From IMG/VR virus record IMGVR_UViG_3300043436_000696: a stretch of 64,000 bases of DNA. One strand, written 5' to 3'. Under the pieces are notes generated by a model that was not told where the DNA came from, did no database searches, and saw only the letters and a list, made by a program, of their open reading frames with translations. Each line of letters begins with the position of its first letter. Within the stretch, counting starts at the first letter, position 1. Source of the stretch: an uncultured virus (IMG/VR IMGVR_UViG_3300043436_000696) (taxonomy: Duplodnaviria > Heunggongvirae > Uroviricota > Caudoviricetes). Below are positions 29,560-39,149 of the stretch, in pieces. The position numbers and the translations under genes are program-made.

Positions 29560-32500
29560 TACACAACAGAATCCAGGAGCCGTTACCAATACGTTTAGTA
29601 AAGGTATGGTTAAAGACTATAACGAGACTTTCGTAGGGGAAGGATTGTGGACACATGCTAGAAATGCTGTTAATAACTCTCATGACGGGCAAGTTGGTGT
29701 TCTTGGTAATGAGCCAGCTAATATGCTATGTGCTCAACTTCCTTATACACTTATTGGTTCTATTCATCTTAATGATGATCAATGGGCTATTTTTACAACC
29801 GATGATGTTAACTCTGAGATAGGAATTTTTGATGAGTCAGAGTGTTCTTATAAAAAAGTAGTTAATGACCCAGGTTTAAATTTTAATAGAGCAAATTTAA
29901 TTACAGGAGCATATCGTAAAAGATATGATTGTGAAAGATTAATATACTGGGATGATGGTATTAACCCAAGTAGGGTTATGGATATTGACAATCCACCATA
30001 CATGTTTGTTCCACAGAGAGCAGGAGATGTTATATCAAGACATTATAAATTAGTAGCTGGTGCATGTGGGGATGGTACTGGTGTAACTGTAGTTAGTTAT
30101 AAAGATACAACTGGTGCACTTAAGGTAGTTAGAGTTCCTGCAAATCAAACTTATCAATTTGCTACTTGGGATAAAACATCTGTATCTGTAAAACAAGAAG
30201 CGTGTAAACCTCTTCCTTGTTACAACACAACAGTAACTCAACAGTTATTAGATGGTCGTAAGAGTGAATATAGAACTTGTATGTCAGCTAAGGAAGCTAA
30301 AGAAATTCAGTTTCCTAATGGAAAACTTGACACAACTATTAAAGTAGTTCAGAAGACTGATACTACTTGTGATTGTAGTTTCTATGATGATAATGATTTA
30401 ACAATTTATAGTTTAAAAGATATTACTGATCAGTTTTTAACTGATGTTGGTAGTAACTGTATACTTAAAAAATATACAGATCAGCTTGATACTGAGAGAC
30501 TTAGACTTGTTCCATTCTTAACACATCCTTGTTTATCTTTACAAAAAGGGAAGGTTGCTGGTACATTACCAAATGGTTCTTATCAAGTGGTAATGGCTTA
30601 TACAATTAACCAAAACAAAATTTGTGATTATATTGGATTCTCAGATGTTCAATCTTTATTTTCTCATGAAAATTTAAATGGTTCTCTTGAGTTAACTATA
30701 TCTAATATTGATACTGATTTTGATGAGTTTGAGTTAGTTATATTGTCTACAGTTAATGGTCAAACAACGGCTAAAAAATTGGGTATTTACTATACTACTC
30801 AAAAGACTATTTATATTGATCAGATTCAACCAGATGCTATTAGTATCCCTATTAGTCAAATTCCATTAAGATCTGAGCCTATAGAAAGAACTGATGCAAT
30901 GTACACTGTAAACAACTATTTGTTAAGAGTTGGTACATATTCTAAATTCCAGTTTAACTATCAGCTTCAGGCTAATAAGATTAAAACATCTTGGGTTGCT
31001 GTAAAGTACCCAGAAGATTATTATAGAAAAGGTGGTAATAATACTACCTATATGAGAGATGAACAATACGCATTCTTTATTCGTTGGATCTATAACACAG
31101 GAGAACGTACAGCATCTTTTCATATTCCTGGTAGAGTGGCTGATCCAAAAGATTTAGAAACTGCAATAGGGCAAGATGCGTTTGAGACAAGAGATGGTGT
31201 TTCTAGATTAAACTGGCAAGTAAAAAATACAGCTAGCGTAACTGGATTATCTAATACACCTTTAGGTGATGGCGGTATTGTTATAGCAAAAGGATTAATG
31301 GGATACTGGGAATCAACTGAAATATATCCAGCTGATAAGCCAGAACTTTGGGGTCCATTATGTGGAGCTCAAATTAGACATCATAAGTTTCCTGATGTAA
31401 CCGTACATCCTGCTCTTAACCATGTAGTAGATAATGGATCTAATATTGTGATATTAGGTGTGCAGTTTGAGAACATTACTCATCCTGTAGATAACTATGG
31501 TAATGACATACCAGAAGTAGTAGGTTACGAAATTCTTCGTGGATCTAGAGAAGGTCAAAAATCTATTGTAGCTAAAGGAATGTTCTCTAATATGAGAGAG
31601 TATAATGTTCCAGGTAATAGTTCTATAAAAGGATTATATCAAAACTATCCTTATAATGATTTAAGAGCTGACTCTCTTTTAACTTCTGACAGAAATATAT
31701 TTGAAAAAGGTAGTGCTGATATTAACTTAGGATATCCTTTAACTGGTTATAAGAAAGATCATTTTTCTTTTCATAGTCCAGATACTACTTTTTCAAGACC
31801 ATTCTTAGGATTTAATGAAGCTAAGATTGAAACAGAAATTTATGGTACGGCTGAAGGAGTATTTTCTGTTCCGTACAAGCATCCTAAATTTAAATTACTT
31901 ACTAATTTTAGTTCTAGTTTAGCTAGTATTGTAGGTACAATTGCTTCTTTAGGAAACTACTTAGGGGCTATAGCTAATGATAGTAATATTTCTTTACAGG
32001 GAACTAATGACTTACCATATACTAAAAAGCTTACTCTTCAAAAAATTACTAACCACTCTCTTACTTTTGGTGGTGGTGGAAGCTTTTTAGGAACAGGTGG
32101 TAGTGCTACAGTATCTGTACCTAACCCTGTAATTGTTGCATACAATACAGCTATTGGAATTTACAATGCTGCTGTAGCAATTGCAATGACTTATATTGAA
32201 GCTCAAACTACAGGTGAACAGTTATATAGAATCATGTATGCTCTTGTACCAAGAAGACAATTTGCTCTTCAATACGATAGTCATGCATACTTTAATAATT
32301 TTAAAGAAGTATATACTGGTAATAGAAGAAGAAAAATTGAGAATGCTGTATATGTAAGTCCTGATATTCAAGGATTTGATGCTAAGTATCAGATTAATAA
32401 TCTATATAGAAGTAACTATGTAGCTGTTAAATTAGGTCAAGAAATTTCAGATCCAACTACACAAGATACTTCTAGATTTAGAATAGGTGAGAAAGGTGGT

Positions 32501-34573
32501 AAAATGGATGTTCCAGTAACATCTACAGTATCTGCTTTTTATGGATCACTTAAGGTGGCTATACCATCTCAGTATGGTCAACTTGAAAACATTAAACAGT
32601 TACCTGTTTCTACATGTATTGGTGCAGTAGTTGCAGGAACCAAGGCTAAATATAAAACAGATGTTTTGTTTGGTGGAGATGTTTATATTAATAGATTTAC
32701 AGAAAAGAATCCTTTCTTTTTCTTTAACTCTTGGTTAATGGGTGAACCAGATGAAACTGAAATTGATTATAGAAACTATGGTAATATAGCTTATCCAAGA
32801 TTTTGGGTAGACAGTGCTAGAACTACATTTAGATTATTTAATGCTGCTAGTAATAATAGACACCTTGATGAAAGAGAGAGTGACTTGTTTTATGTAAAGA
32901 AAGGATACTTCTATTTATTCTTTAATGGTGTAAAAGACTTTTTCTGTGAATCTGAAGTTAACACTGCTAATAGAGACTGGGAAGATTTACCTAACAAACG
33001 TCACTATGATCCTCATAGATTCACAGATTATAAAGCATTATTTAGAGCTGACTTTATTAAGGATGGTAACTATTACAAGTATGATTATTCTTTAAGTGTA
33101 TCTAAACTATACTCTAACTATATTTCTTGGGGTACTTTATTACCTAGAGATTATGATCCTAAGGTAGCTGAAACTTGTTATACATATAGACCTAATAGAG
33201 TAATCTATTCTTTACCTCAGGAATCAGAACTTAAGAAAGATAACTGGAGAATATTTTTAGCTAATAACTATAAATCATTCCAATCTAAAGTTACTGCTAT
33301 TAAACCTATAAATAAAACAGGGGCATTGTTCATGATGAACTATATGAGTCCTATGCAATTTGTAGGAGTTGATACAGTGCAGACAGATATAGGTACGAAA
33401 CTTACCGTAGGTGATGGAGGATTATTTAATCAAGCACTTCAGAACTTAGTTAATACAGATGACTCTTATGAGTATGGATCTAACCAAAGTAAGTTTTCAT
33501 CAGTGTCTACACCTTATGGTGTAACCTGGGTATCTCAAAATCAAGGTAAGGTATTTAACTATTCAGGTAGTTTAGAAGAGATTTCTAAAAATGGTATGAA
33601 ATGGTGGTTTGCTAAATACTTACCTTCTGAATTACTTAAGACATATCCTAACTATCCTTTGCATGATAATCCTGTAAAAGGTGTAGGGGTTCAAGTAATT
33701 TATGATAATACTAATGAGATTATTTATATTACTAAGAAGGACTTTAAAGCTAAGCGTAGTAATTACGTATATGATAATAAAGGACGCTTCTATATATCAT
33801 CTAATAATGTAAAGACTGAAATACAGTTAACAGATAAAGAATACTTTGAAGATGCTAGCTGGACTATATCTTATGATCCTAAGGCTAAGAGTTGGTTAAG
33901 TTTCCATGACTGGGAACCTACGTTTATGTTACCAGGCAAGGCTCACTTTATGTCTGTTAATAAGAATACTATTTGGAAGCATAATATTAGAACAGATGAG
34001 TTTTGTAACTTCTATAATATAGACTATCCATTTGAAGTGGAGTTTGTTTCAGCAACAGGTCAGCAAGTTAATAGTCTTAAGAGTATAGAGTATTTGCTTG
34101 AAGCTTATAAATATTCTAATGATGGTAAAGATAAATTTCATATCTTAGATGAGAATTTTGATCAGGCTATTATTTATAACTCAGAACAAATTTCTGGTCT
34201 TCTTCAATTAGAAGTTAAACCTAAAGGTAATCCATTCTTAGCTTTAAGTTATCCTATAGTTAACAATGACTATATTAAGATCTTATTTGCTAAAGAAGAA
34301 AATAAATATAGATTTAATCAGTTTTTTGATATCACAAGAAACCGTGGAGAATTTGATGTACCAGGTACAATACATCCTCCTATGTTTGATACTAAAGCTA
34401 ATGGTTATGAATTTAGTATTAATCCGGCTTACGTAAATTACAAGAAGTCTGTAACTGAACGTAAAAAGTTTAGACATAATGTAAATAGAGTATTCTTAAA
34501 GAAACATGTAAGTAATGATGTCAAGTTATTATTTAAGATTTCTAATCAAAAAATACAAAGTTCTCCAAGATAA
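29549..34573 (+). CDS. Tail stabilization / muzzle protein (Tstab, P22 gp10-like)
   Basis: 1674 aa; NTFSKGMVKD start, IYWDDGINPSR, YMRDEQYAFFI, FGGDVYINRF, WTISYDPKAKSWLSFHDW motifs; follows ring genes. Confidence 0.8.
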   Translation: MADNTQQNPGAVTNTFSKGMVKDYNETFVGEGLWTHARNAVNNSHDGQVGVLGNEPANMLCAQLPYTLIGSIHLNDDQWAIFTTDDVNSEIGIFDESECSYKKVVNDPGLNFNRANLITGAYRKRYDCERLIYWDDGINPSRVMDIDNPPYMFVPQRAGDVISRHYKLVAGACGDGTGVTVVSYKDTTGALKVVRVPANQTYQFATWDKTSVSVKQEACKPLPCYNTTVTQQLLDGRKSEYRTCMSAKEAKEIQFPNGKLDTTIKVVQKTDTTCDCSFYDDNDLTIYSLKDITDQFLTDVGSNCILKKYTDQLDTERLRLVPFLTHPCLSLQKGKVAGTLPNGSYQVVMAYTINQNKICDYIGFSDVQSLFSHENLNGSLELTISNIDTDFDEFELVILSTVNGQTTAKKLGIYYTTQKTIYIDQIQPDAISIPISQIPLRSEPIERTDAMYTVNNYLLRVGTYSKFQFNYQLQANKIKTSWVAVKYPEDYYRKGGNNTTYMRDEQYAFFIRWIYNTGERTASFHIPGRVADPKDLETAIGQDAFETRDGVSRLNWQVKNTASVTGLSNTPLGDGGIVIAKGLMGYWESTEIYPADKPELWGPLCGAQIRHHKFPDVTVHPALNHVVDNGSNIVILGVQFENITHPVDNYGNDIPEVVGYEILRGSREGQKSIVAKGMFSNMREYNVPGNSSIKGLYQNYPYNDLRADSLLTSDRNIFEKGSADINLGYPLTGYKKDHFSFHSPDTTFSRPFLGFNEAKIETEIYGTAEGVFSVPYKHPKFKLLTNFSSSLASIVGTIASLGNYLGAIANDSNISLQGTNDLPYTKKLTLQKITNHSLTFGGGGSFLGTGGSATVSVPNPVIVAYNTAIGIYNAAVAIAMTYIEAQTTGEQLYRIMYALVPRRQFALQYDSHAYFNNFKEVYTGNRRRKIENAVYVSPDIQGFDAKYQINNLYRSNYVAVKLGQEISDPTTQDTSRFRIGEKGGKMDVPVTSTVSAFYGSLKVAIPSQYGQLENIKQLPVSTCIGAVVAGTKAKYKTDVLFGGDVYINRFTEKNPFFFFNSWLMGEPDETEIDYRNYGNIAYPRFWVDSARTTFRLFNAASNNRHLDERESDLFYVKKGYFYLFFNGVKDFFCESEVNTANRDWEDLPNKRHYDPHRFTDYKALFRADFIKDGNYYKYDYSLSVSKLYSNYISWGTLLPRDYDPKVAETCYTYRPNRVIYSLPQESELKKDNWRIFLANNYKSFQSKVTAIKPINKTGALFMMNYMSPMQFVGVDTVQTDIGTKLTVGDGGLFNQALQNLVNTDDSYEYGSNQSKFSSVSTPYGVTWVSQNQGKVFNYSGSLEEISKNGMKWWFAKYLPSELLKTYPNYPLHDNPVKGVGVQVIYDNTNEIIYITKKDFKAKRSNYVYDNKGRFYISSNNVKTEIQLTDKEYFEDASWTISYDPKAKSWLSFHDWEPTFMLPGKAHFMSVNKNTIWKHNIRTDEFCNFYNIDYPFEVEFVSATGQQVNSLKSIEYLLEAYKYSNDGKDKFHILDENFDQAIIYNSEQISGLLQLEVKPKGNPFLALSYPIVNNDYIKILFAKEENKYRFNQFFDITRNRGEFDVPGTIHPPMFDTKANGYEFSINPAYVNYKKSVTERKKFRHNVNRVFLKKHVSNDVKLLFKISNQKIQSSPR

Positions 34574-37500
34574 TGAATAAGTTATTACAATATATGATGG
34601 ATGCTAGGAATTTGGATCATAGGATTCTTCCTGGATTACAGAAAATGCAGAAAGGTGGAAAATTTAAAATGCCTGTTGCTACATTGACAACTAATCCTGA
34701 GCAGTCATCTAATCTTAGTATTAGTACAAATGTAAAATCTGGTACATATCGTCCTACATCTAAAGTTATAACACAAGCTGAAATAAAAAAACAAGAAGAA
34801 ACTGCTAGGTTAAAAGAAGAGCAAGATAGAAAAGAAGCATTAGCAGCTGCAGTTAAGAGAGGTAGAGAGAATCAATCTTATTTCTCACAAGATAATAGAA
34901 CAGCTGGAGAAATAGAAAATGATAGGTTAAGAGCTATAGATGCTCAAATGGAACAAGCTAGAAGTAATTCACCATTTGCTCAAACATTAGGTTCATTTAC
35001 ATCATCTGGATATAATCCTGCAGCTGGTAGAATTGCTGCTGAAAATATAGGAAATATGACTCCTATGATGGGAGCTACAAGATTAGCTAGTACTATAAAA
35101 GATCCTAAAAATAATCCATATGGTATTGGTAGAGATAAAGGGTGGTTTGATAATACACTTGGTACATTAGGATTAGTTGGAGATGCTTTAGATGTAGGAG
35201 TAGTTACAGCTCCTATTCTTAAACAGAGTGGTAGAGCAATAGGCAAAGCTTATAATAAAGTAGCTACAGGTGAATCTGCTTTACCTGTTGCTTGGAAAAG
35301 TCCAGCAGTTGGTCTTAGTCAAGAAGCTAGTGACGCAATGTTTAAAGGAATAGCTAATACAACTAAGTTAACGGATGCTGATAGAGCTTTATTATTAGAA
35401 TATCAGTATGATAGTAAACCATTTACAGGAAGATGGGGTACAGTTGATCAATCTAAAAAAGATGCATTAAATAATCTTATTAAGAATAATAATTTAAATT
35501 TTACTAATGATGCTATTCTTACAAGAAAGTTTAATCCTACTAATAAATCATTAGGTGCAGAATTTGTAGATGGCACATTAAATTTAGGAGATCGTCCTAG
35601 TTCATTTTCAGCTGGTGTTGGAATGCCTGGTTATGGTAGCGGTGCTGTAGATAGAATAGTTGTACCTAATAGATATAGTAAACAAATGGGTAATAGTCTT
35701 TTAGCAAATGAGTATAATAAAGTATCAGATGGTACTTTTGATTTACTTAGTGGAGACGTTAAAAACTTTGCTGCTGCTAGAGGAATAGCACTTGATGATT
35801 TACTTAATGCAGAAAGAGAAGTTATAGGAACAGGATTAAATTTTAAAAGAATTGGTAAAGTGAAAAATGATATAGGTGGCTATGATCATGTTGTAAGACC
35901 TAAGTTTCAAGGAGGCGGTGGTTTTAATGCTAGACCTACTCTTAAACAAATTATGCAGATGCCTGATAAAAGGTATACACCTGCCCCTGGAGTTATGAAT
36001 ACTAAAGCAGGTTTAGCGGCTGCTAGTATGATGAGTGGTCCTTTTTCATTTATACCTGGTACAGCATCTGCTGTATACGATCTTGGTACTTCAGCTCGTT
36101 ATGCAATGGATGGTCAATGGGATAATGCAAAAGAAGATTTAATATCTGCAGGTTTAAATGCAATTCCTACTGCTGGTGTATATGCTGCTTTAGCAGGTAT
36201 GGGAAAACTACAAAAAGCTGCAAGAGCTAGAGCTGCTATAAGAAGTGCAAAAGGTGCTATGAATGCAAAAGACATTGCAGGATCAAGTACTATTAGAAAC
36301 AATATTACAGGTCTTGTCCAAGAGTTTGATAAAACTGGTAAGGAAATTAGTTCTATGAGACCTAGATCAGCAGCTGAGGTTAAAGCTTATAATCAAAATT
36401 TAAAGAGTCAATATAGAACGGGAGCTACTCCTGAAGGACCTGCTGAGCTTATGCCTTTTAGATCTCCTGATTTTGCAGGTGGCGGAATGATTGTAGATCC
36501 CCGTGGTCAGTGGGCACATCCTGGTAAAGTTACTCGTATACCTGGTTCAGATATTACTATGAAAGGAGTACCATATCCTGTATTAGGAATAGGTAACAAT
36601 GGTAAAAAAGAAGTTATGTATCCTGGTAAAGATTACAACTTTGGTGGTGCATCTTATGTAGATGAATATCCTATAATGCAGGATGGTGGTAAGTATTTTT
36701 TTATGAACATTTATGATGATTTTAATAAGAGACTTAAAAATACAGACTATGTAAAAGATGAGTATAATAAGGGTATGGATTTTCATACCAAATGGCTTAA
36801 CTCACCTATGTATAATAATATGATTAATGCCTCTGCTGGTAGTGATGCAAAAAATATTACTGACCAACGTAAAAAACGTCTTTCTGCTGTGACTATGAAA
36901 TTCGTTGATGACCCGTATAATAAAGCTGGAGCTTCTGCTGATAAATTAGGAAATATAGAAGTATACCCAGAAGGGATTGGTGCTAAAGGTATAGGTGTTC
37001 ATGAGATGTCTCATGTAACAGATACAGGTCCAGGTCAAAATCTTATACCTAGTAAAGATAGGATTGATATATCAAGATATAGTGTTGCTTCAGAAAATTT
37101 GCCAAAATATGAAGCTAATAACGAGTATTTTAATTATGTTACCAGACCTTCAGAAACAAGAGCTAGATTAAATGAAATACGTCAAGGAGCTTCTGAAAAT
37201 AAATTATATGATCCTTTTACTCAGAAAGTAAATCCAGCTATATATAATAAACTTAAAAACTTTAAGTTTAATAGTACACCTGGTAGTGATCCTCTTCAAC
37301 AATTAAAATCTGCTTATAGTGATGAACAGATTTTACAAATGCTTAATAGTGTTTCTAAAGTAAATACTAATAATAGTAGTGATATGCAAAATATGATGAA
37401 AAATGGTGGTTACGTAGTAACTAGAAGTAATGACCGTAAAGGAAAGACTCATAAAGTGACAGGTCCTGATGGAACTGTTAAATACTTTGGTGACTCTAAA

Positions 37501-38358
37501 CTAGGACAGCATCCTAAAGATCCTGAACGTAAGAAAGCGTTTTATGCTCGTCATAAAAAGAACTTAGATAATAATCCTTACTTTAGAGCATTTGCTAGAA
37601 AGACTTGGGAAGAGGGTGGTCAAACTGATGATGATAGAGAAATGCTAAGTGGTGTAGCTGATATACTTCGTAGAATTAATGATACTAGAAATCGTAAAGA
37701 AGTTGCAGATTATATGATGGATAATTTCCGTGAAGAAGATGTATCATTTGAACCTAATGCTTTTTTAAAGTCAGCTAATGTATTTGCTAAAGGTGGTGAG
37801 ATGATACGTAGAGCTGATGGATCATATTCTCGTAGAGGATTGTGGGATAATATTAGAGCTAATAAAGGATCTGGTAAAAAGCCTACTAAACAAATGTTAG
37901 AGCAAGAGCGTAAGATTAGATCAAAACAAGAGGGTGGAGAAGAAGTTCAGATGCCTCAAAGTTTAGAAGAGCTAATGAATCCTACTAGAAGAGGTATGGC
38001 AAATCTTGGATTTGGTTTTAATAATGAAAAGTTTGGTACTAACTATAACTACTCAGGATCAGATAATTTTAGAAATGGTACACATTCTCTAAACGTTGGT
38101 CTTCCTGCTTTTTTAAAGACTGGTAATCTTGATATATCTGGAACGTATTCTCCTGGTAGAGCTTATAGTGCTAACATAATGGGAACAGCTCCAGCTAACT
38201 TTATAAAGAAAGGCACTATGATGAACTTTAGTGGGGGGTTTGAAAAAGATATTAATCCAATGATGAAAAATGTAGCTCCTTCATATAATGTAGCAGCTGG
38301 TTTTAGAATTCCTACAAAAGTTGGTAACTTTACAGTTAACGCTTCCTATAGAAAATAA
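34573..38358 (+). CDS. Mosaic virion cargo protein: GG-delimited modules including ART-like and zincin-like domains
   Basis: 1261 aa; eight phi-x-x-GG motifs; R...SSFS...EREV segment; HEMSH; basic small modules; first gene after the muzzle. Confidence 0.6.
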   Translation: MNKLLQYMMDARNLDHRILPGLQKMQKGGKFKMPVATLTTNPEQSSNLSISTNVKSGTYRPTSKVITQAEIKKQEETARLKEEQDRKEALAAAVKRGRENQSYFSQDNRTAGEIENDRLRAIDAQMEQARSNSPFAQTLGSFTSSGYNPAAGRIAAENIGNMTPMMGATRLASTIKDPKNNPYGIGRDKGWFDNTLGTLGLVGDALDVGVVTAPILKQSGRAIGKAYNKVATGESALPVAWKSPAVGLSQEASDAMFKGIANTTKLTDADRALLLEYQYDSKPFTGRWGTVDQSKKDALNNLIKNNNLNFTNDAILTRKFNPTNKSLGAEFVDGTLNLGDRPSSFSAGVGMPGYGSGAVDRIVVPNRYSKQMGNSLLANEYNKVSDGTFDLLSGDVKNFAAARGIALDDLLNAEREVIGTGLNFKRIGKVKNDIGGYDHVVRPKFQGGGGFNARPTLKQIMQMPDKRYTPAPGVMNTKAGLAAASMMSGPFSFIPGTASAVYDLGTSARYAMDGQWDNAKEDLISAGLNAIPTAGVYAALAGMGKLQKAARARAAIRSAKGAMNAKDIAGSSTIRNNITGLVQEFDKTGKEISSMRPRSAAEVKAYNQNLKSQYRTGATPEGPAELMPFRSPDFAGGGMIVDPRGQWAHPGKVTRIPGSDITMKGVPYPVLGIGNNGKKEVMYPGKDYNFGGASYVDEYPIMQDGGKYFFMNIYDDFNKRLKNTDYVKDEYNKGMDFHTKWLNSPMYNNMINASAGSDAKNITDQRKKRLSAVTMKFVDDPYNKAGASADKLGNIEVYPEGIGAKGIGVHEMSHVTDTGPGQNLIPSKDRIDISRYSVASENLPKYEANNEYFNYVTRPSETRARLNEIRQGASENKLYDPFTQKVNPAIYNKLKNFKFNSTPGSDPLQQLKSAYSDEQILQMLNSVSKVNTNNSSDMQNMMKNGGYVVTRSNDRKGKTHKVTGPDGTVKYFGDSKLGQHPKDPERKKAFYARHKKNLDNNPYFRAFARKTWEEGGQTDDDREMLSGVADILRRINDTRNRKEVADYMMDNFREEDVSFEPNAFLKSANVFAKGGEMIRRADGSYSRRGLWDNIRANKGSGKKPTKQMLEQERKIRSKQEGGEEVQMPQSLEELMNPTRRGMANLGFGFNNEKFGTNYNYSGSDNFRNGTHSLNVGLPAFLKTGNLDISGTYSPGRAYSANIMGTAPANFIKKGTMMNFSGGFEKDINPMMKNVAPSYNVAAGFRIPTKVGNFTVNASYRK

Positions 38359-38378
38359 CACTTATAAAAAATAAATAT

Positions 38379-39146
38379 ATGTACTCTTTTTACGATTTAA
38401 TGGCTAACGGTGGTATACATAATGCTGGATTCCAAGCATTGCCTGATTATGTGCAAAATAAAATATTAGCTAATATGGCTAATGGCGGCACTGCTTCTAA
38501 AAAAATGTATAAACAAAGTAATTTTTCTGGAAACGCTTGGTATCAAGATGGAGGAGAAGAAGGAGCTAGTCAAGAAGAACAGATCATGCAAATTATTGAA
38601 ATGTATGCTCAGTTAACTGAAACAGAACCTGATGCTATTCTAGAAGAGTTGCAAGGTATGAGTGAAGAAGAACAACAGCAGGCTTTGCAGTCTATGGTTG
38701 AACAGATTCAATCTGCTCAAGAACAGCAGCAGGGTGATGCTCAAGAAGAGGAAATGGAAGATGTTGAGGATGATGCTGAAACAGAATATAGAAGAGGTGG
38801 TCAACCTTGTTATGGTTGTGGTGGTGCAATGAAGTATCAAACTGGTGGCTATATTCCTGAGTATGGAGAAATGGCTTATGGTGGTATTCACATTAACCCA
38901 GCTAACAAAGGTAAGTTTACAGCATCTGCTCAAAGAGCAGGAATGGGAGTACAAGAATTTGCATCTCACGTATTAGCTAATAAAGAAGATTATTCTTCTA
39001 CTCAAGTAAAAAGAGCTAACTTTGCACGTAACGCTGCAGGTTGGAGTAAAGCAATGGGTGGTCCAGTAGTAGGCCAAGAGATGGAAGTTACTCCTAGAGA
39101 GTTAGAAAACTTACGTAAACAAGGTTATCAATTTGAAATATTATAA
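38379..39146 (+). CDS. GG-motif-rich small cargo/core protein
   Basis: 255 aa; about eight xxxGG motifs, acidic Glu/Gln tract, IHINPANKGKFT...KRANFARNA module. Confidence 0.6.
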   Translation: MYSFYDLMANGGIHNAGFQALPDYVQNKILANMANGGTASKKMYKQSNFSGNAWYQDGGEEGASQEEQIMQIIEMYAQLTETEPDAILEELQGMSEEEQQQALQSMVEQIQSAQEQQQGDAQEEEMEDVEDDAETEYRRGGQPCYGCGGAMKYQTGGYIPEYGEMAYGGIHINPANKGKFTASAQRAGMGVQEFASHVLANKEDYSSTQVKRANFARNAAGWSKAMGGPVVGQEMEVTPRELENLRKQGYQFEIL

Positions 39147-39149
39147 TAA

